The notes under the pieces are model-generated. The model was not told where the DNA came from. It did not search any database and saw only the letters and a list, made by a program, of their open reading frames with translations. A stretch of DNA of 64,000 bases from the human T2T-CHM13v2.0 reference genome, Homo sapiens, in NCBI RefSeq assembly GCF_009914755.1, contig NC_060944.1, one strand, 5' to 3'. Positions 59,985 through 64,000 of the stretch are shown piece after piece. The first letter of the stretch is position 1. Every line of letters begins with the position of its first letter. A program made the position numbers and the translations under genes.

Positions 59985-62900
59985 TTTATTTTAAAATTTG
60001 TATTGATACATAATATTTATACATATTTATGGTATTCATGTGATATTTTGTTACATGCTTAAAATGTGTAATGATCAAGTCATGGTTTTTAGGGTATCCA
60101 TTACCTCATGTATTTATCATTTTTATGTATTGTGAACATTTCAAGTCCTCTTTTCTGGTATTTTGAAGTATGAATATAGTGTTGTTAACTATAGTTACCC
60201 TACTCTGATATCAAACATTAGAACTTATTTCTTCTATCTAACTGTATGTTCGTGCCCATTAACCAACCTCCCACCACACACCCTTCCGAGACTGTGACAT
60301 CTATCACTGTATGCTCTACCTCTATGAGATCAACATTTTTAGCTCTCACGTATGAGTGAGAATATGTGATATTTGTCTCTTTGTGCCTGGCTTAATTCTA
60401 TTCCATCCATTTTGCTGCAAATAACACTATTTTGTTCACATTTTTATGGCCAAATAGTGCTCCATTGTGTATATATATACCACATTTTCTTTATACATTT
60501 ATCTACTGGTGGACATTTAGGTTGATTTCATATCTTTGCTATTATGAATAGAGCTGCAACAAACATGAAGCACAGGCATCCCATTGATATACTGACTTCC
60601 TTTCCTTTAGATAAATACCCAGTAGTTGCCAGATTGTTAGTTCCATTTTTAGTTCTTTGTGAAATATCTGCACTCTTTTCCATAGTGGCTGTACTAATTT
60701 ACATTCCCACCAACAGTGTGTAAGAATTTTCCTTTCTTCACCTTCTTGACAGCATCTGATATTCTTTGTCTTTTTAATAATAGCCACTTTAACTGGGGTA
60801 AGATGATATCTCCATTGTGATTTTGATTTGCATATCTCTGATGACTAGTGATGTTGAACATTTTTTGTTTGTCTGTTGGATATTTGTATAACTTCTTTTG
60901 AGACAGGTCTATTTATGTCCTTTGTCCACTTTTTAATGGATTATTTGTTTAATTTTTTTCTTTTACTGTTTAGTTGAGTTCCTATTATATTCTGGATATT
61001 AGTCCCTTGCAGGATAGCTTGCAAATATGTTTTACTATTTGACATGTTTCCTCTTTGTTAATCATTTCCTTTGCTGTGTAGAAGCTTTTAGTTTAATATA
61101 GCACTATTTGCCTATTTTTGTTTTATGTGCTTTTGAGGTCCTATACATAAAATCTTTGCCTAGATCAATATCCTGAAGTATTTCCTCTATGTTTTCTTCT
61201 AGAAGATTTGTGATTTCAGGTCTTATGTTTAGGTCTTTAATCCATCTTGAATTGATTTTTGTAGGTGGTGAGAGGGAGGGTGAAATTTCATTCTTCTGCA
61301 TCTAGATATCCAATTTTCCTAGGACCACTTATTTAAGAGTGTGTCCTTCCCCAGTGCGTGTTCTTGAGCCTTTGTTGAAAATCAGTTGGCTGTAAATATG
61401 TAGGCTTATTTCTGGCTTCTCTATTCTATTCCACTGGTCGATGTGTCATTTTTTATACCAATAGCATTCTGTTTTGATTGCTATAGCCTTTTATTTTGAA
61501 GTCAGGTGGTATAATACCTCCAGTTTTGTTCTTTTAGACAAGGATTGCTTTGGCTATTTGGGCTCTTTTTTGGTTTTATATGAATTTCAGGATTATTTTT
61601 AATAATCCTATAAGAAATCACATATTTTGATAAAGATTGCATTGAATCTGGAGATTACTTGAGCAATATGATCATTTTAATGATATTAATTCTTTCCATC
61701 CATGAGCATGGGATGTCTTTCCATTTGTATCCTCTTTGATTTCTTTCTTCACTGTTTTGTGATTTTCCTTGTAGAGGACTTTCACCTCCTTGGGCAAGTG
61801 TATTCTTAGCTATTTTTTTGGTAGCTATTATAAATGGGATTGCCTTTTTGATTTCTTTCTCAATTAGTTCATTATTGGTATATAGAAATGCTACTAATTT
61901 TTGTATGTTTATTTTATATCCTGCAACTGTACTCAAATTATTTATTAGATTTAAGAGTTTTTGTTGGAGGCTTTAGTTTTTTAGTTTTTTTTCAGATATA
62001 AGATCATGTTATCTGCAAAGAGAGACAATTTGACTTCTTGTTTTCCAATTTGAATACCTTTTATGTCTTTATCTTGTCTTATTGCTCTGGCTTGGATTTC
62101 CAGTACTATGTCAAAAGAGTGTTGAAAATATATATCCTTGTCTTGCTCCAGTTCTTAGAGTAAAGGCTTTCAGCTTTTCTCCATGCAGTATGATGCTAGC
62201 TAGCTGTGGGTTTGTCATATATAGCCTTTATTATGTTGAGATATGTTCCTTTTGTGCTTAGTTTGTTGAGAGTTTTAATCATGGAGGGATGTTGAATTTT
62301 ATCAAATACTTTTTCTGTATCTATTGACACAGTTATATGGTTTTTGTTCATTTTGTTGATGTGATGTATCACAATTATTAGTTAGCATATGCTTAGTCAT
62401 CCTGGCATCCCTGGGATAATTATCTGATCATTATGTAATATCTTTTTAATGTGCTGTTGAATTCAGTTTGCTAGTATTTTGTTGAGAATTTTTGCAGCTA
62501 TGTTAATCAGGGATATTGGCCTGTAGCTTTCTTTTTTTGTTACATTTTTGCCTAGTTTTGGTATCAGGGTAATGCTGGCCTTGTAGAATGAATTAGAAAG
62601 AATTTCCTCCTCTTCAACCTTTAGGAATAGTTTGAGGAGAATTGGTATTAATTCTTCTTTGTAAGTTTGATAGACTTAGGCAGTGAGGCTCTCTAGTTCT
62701 GGACTTTTCTTTTTTTTGGGGGGAAAGCTTTTATTATTGATTCAATATTGTTACTCATTATTAGGCTATGTAGGTTTCCTATTTCTTCCTGATTCCACCT
62801 TGGTAGGTTTCCAGGAATTTGTCTATTGCCTCTAGGTTGTCTAGGTTTTTAATGTATTGTGGTTCATAAAAGTGTATGATGATCTTTTGTATTTCTGTGT

Positions 62901-64000
62901 TATGAGTTGTAATGTCTTCTTTTTCATTTCTGATTTTCTTTATTTGGGTCTTAAGTTTTTTCTTGGTTAGTTTAGATAGTGGTTTATTGATTTTATTTAT
63001 TCAAAAAATCAACTTTTTGTTTCATTCATTTATATTTTCTTTTAGTCTCCATTTGCCTAGTTCTGCTCTAACCTTTATTATTTCTTTTCTTCTGCAATTT
63101 TGGATTTGGTTTGTTCTTGCTTTTCTAGTTCCTTGAGGTATATCATTAGACTATTTATGTAAAATATTTCTACTTTTTTGATGTAGGCATTTATTGCTAT
63201 AAAATTTCCTCTTGGCACTAGTTATGTTGTATTTCATAGGTTTTGTATGTTGTGTTTCAATTTTTGTTTGTTTCAAGAATCTTTTATGTAATTCCTTAAT
63301 TTTTTCTTGACCTAATGGTCATTCAGGAGCAAGTTGCTTAATTTCCATGTACTTGTATAGTTCCCAAAGTTCTTGTTATTGGTTTCTAGTTTTATTACTT
63401 TTATTAATAATTTTTTATTACTAGTTTTATTTATTATTTTTGTCTTAGAAGATACTTATGATTTCAATTTTTAAAAATTTGTTGAGGCTTTTCTTGGGTC
63501 CTAACATATGGCCTACCCTGGAGAATGTTCCATGTGCTAATGAGAAGAATGTGTATTCTATAGCTGTTGGATATAATGTTCTGTAAATATCGGTTAGGTT
63601 CATTCAGTCTAAAGTGAAGTTCAAATCCAATGTTTCTTTTTTAATCTCTGTCCACATAATCTGTCTAATGACTAGAGTGGGGTATTGAAGTCTCCCACAA
63701 TTATCATATTATAGTTTTTCACTCCCTTAATAATATTTGCTTTATATACCTATATGCTCCAGATTTGAGTTCATATATGTTTAGAATTGTTAAGTCCTCT
63801 AAATTGATCCCTTTATCATTTTATAATGACCTTCTGTGTCTCTTTTTACTGATTTTGACTTACAGTGTGTTTTATGTGATATAAGTATATTTATTCCTCC
63901 TTGCTTTTCATTTCTGTTTGCATGGAAGATCTTTCTCATCCCTTTACTTTCAGTCTCAGTGTGTCTTTATGGGGGAAGTGAGTTTCTTGCAGGCAGCACA
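59985..64000 (-). mobile_element. L1MA2-4-like LINE-1, 3'UTR plus decayed ORF2, continuing beyond the window
   Basis: TTGATACATAATATTTATACATATTTATGG 3' end; ORF2 remnants in track ([36 protein letters not shown]). Confidence 0.92.

Overview
This is hominoid, most likely great-ape/human, non-genic or intronic DNA, and well over half of it is interspersed repeat. No prokaryote-type features (operons, CRISPR, rRNA/tRNA) and no recognisable host protein-coding exon were found. Three young LINE-1 copies dominate. (1) A + strand L1PA2/3-like 3' half runs off the left edge (1-2749), with ORF2 open to its stop. (2) A full-length - strand L1PA3 (19877-25918) has a perfect 15-bp TSD, an open ORF1, a frameshifted ORF2, a 5'UTR lacking the 129-bp ZNF93-site segment, and an open antisense ORF0 of 102 aa. 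(3) A 5'-truncated, decayed + strand L1PA3/4 lies at 38027-42151. The rest is older L1 fragments, Alus (J, S, Y), MaLR/ERVL/ERV1 solo LTRs, MIR/L2 and DNA transposons (MER2, MER3, MER6A, MER45, MER63A), often nested. Nearly all short ORFs in the supplied track are repeat-derived or chance frames. I cannot support a previously undescribed biological system. The best leads are: mosaic sharing of apparently non-consensus variants among the three neighbouring L1s (possible local gene conversion); the extended ORF0/antisense promoter with a candidate downstream exon; a ~190-bp partly non-repeat inverted duplication 4.1 kb apart beside a 3'-truncated Alu; and several perfect palindromes that look like template-switch scars. 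Subfamily names come from recalled consensus motifs, not a RepeatMasker run, and boundaries of old elements are approximate.
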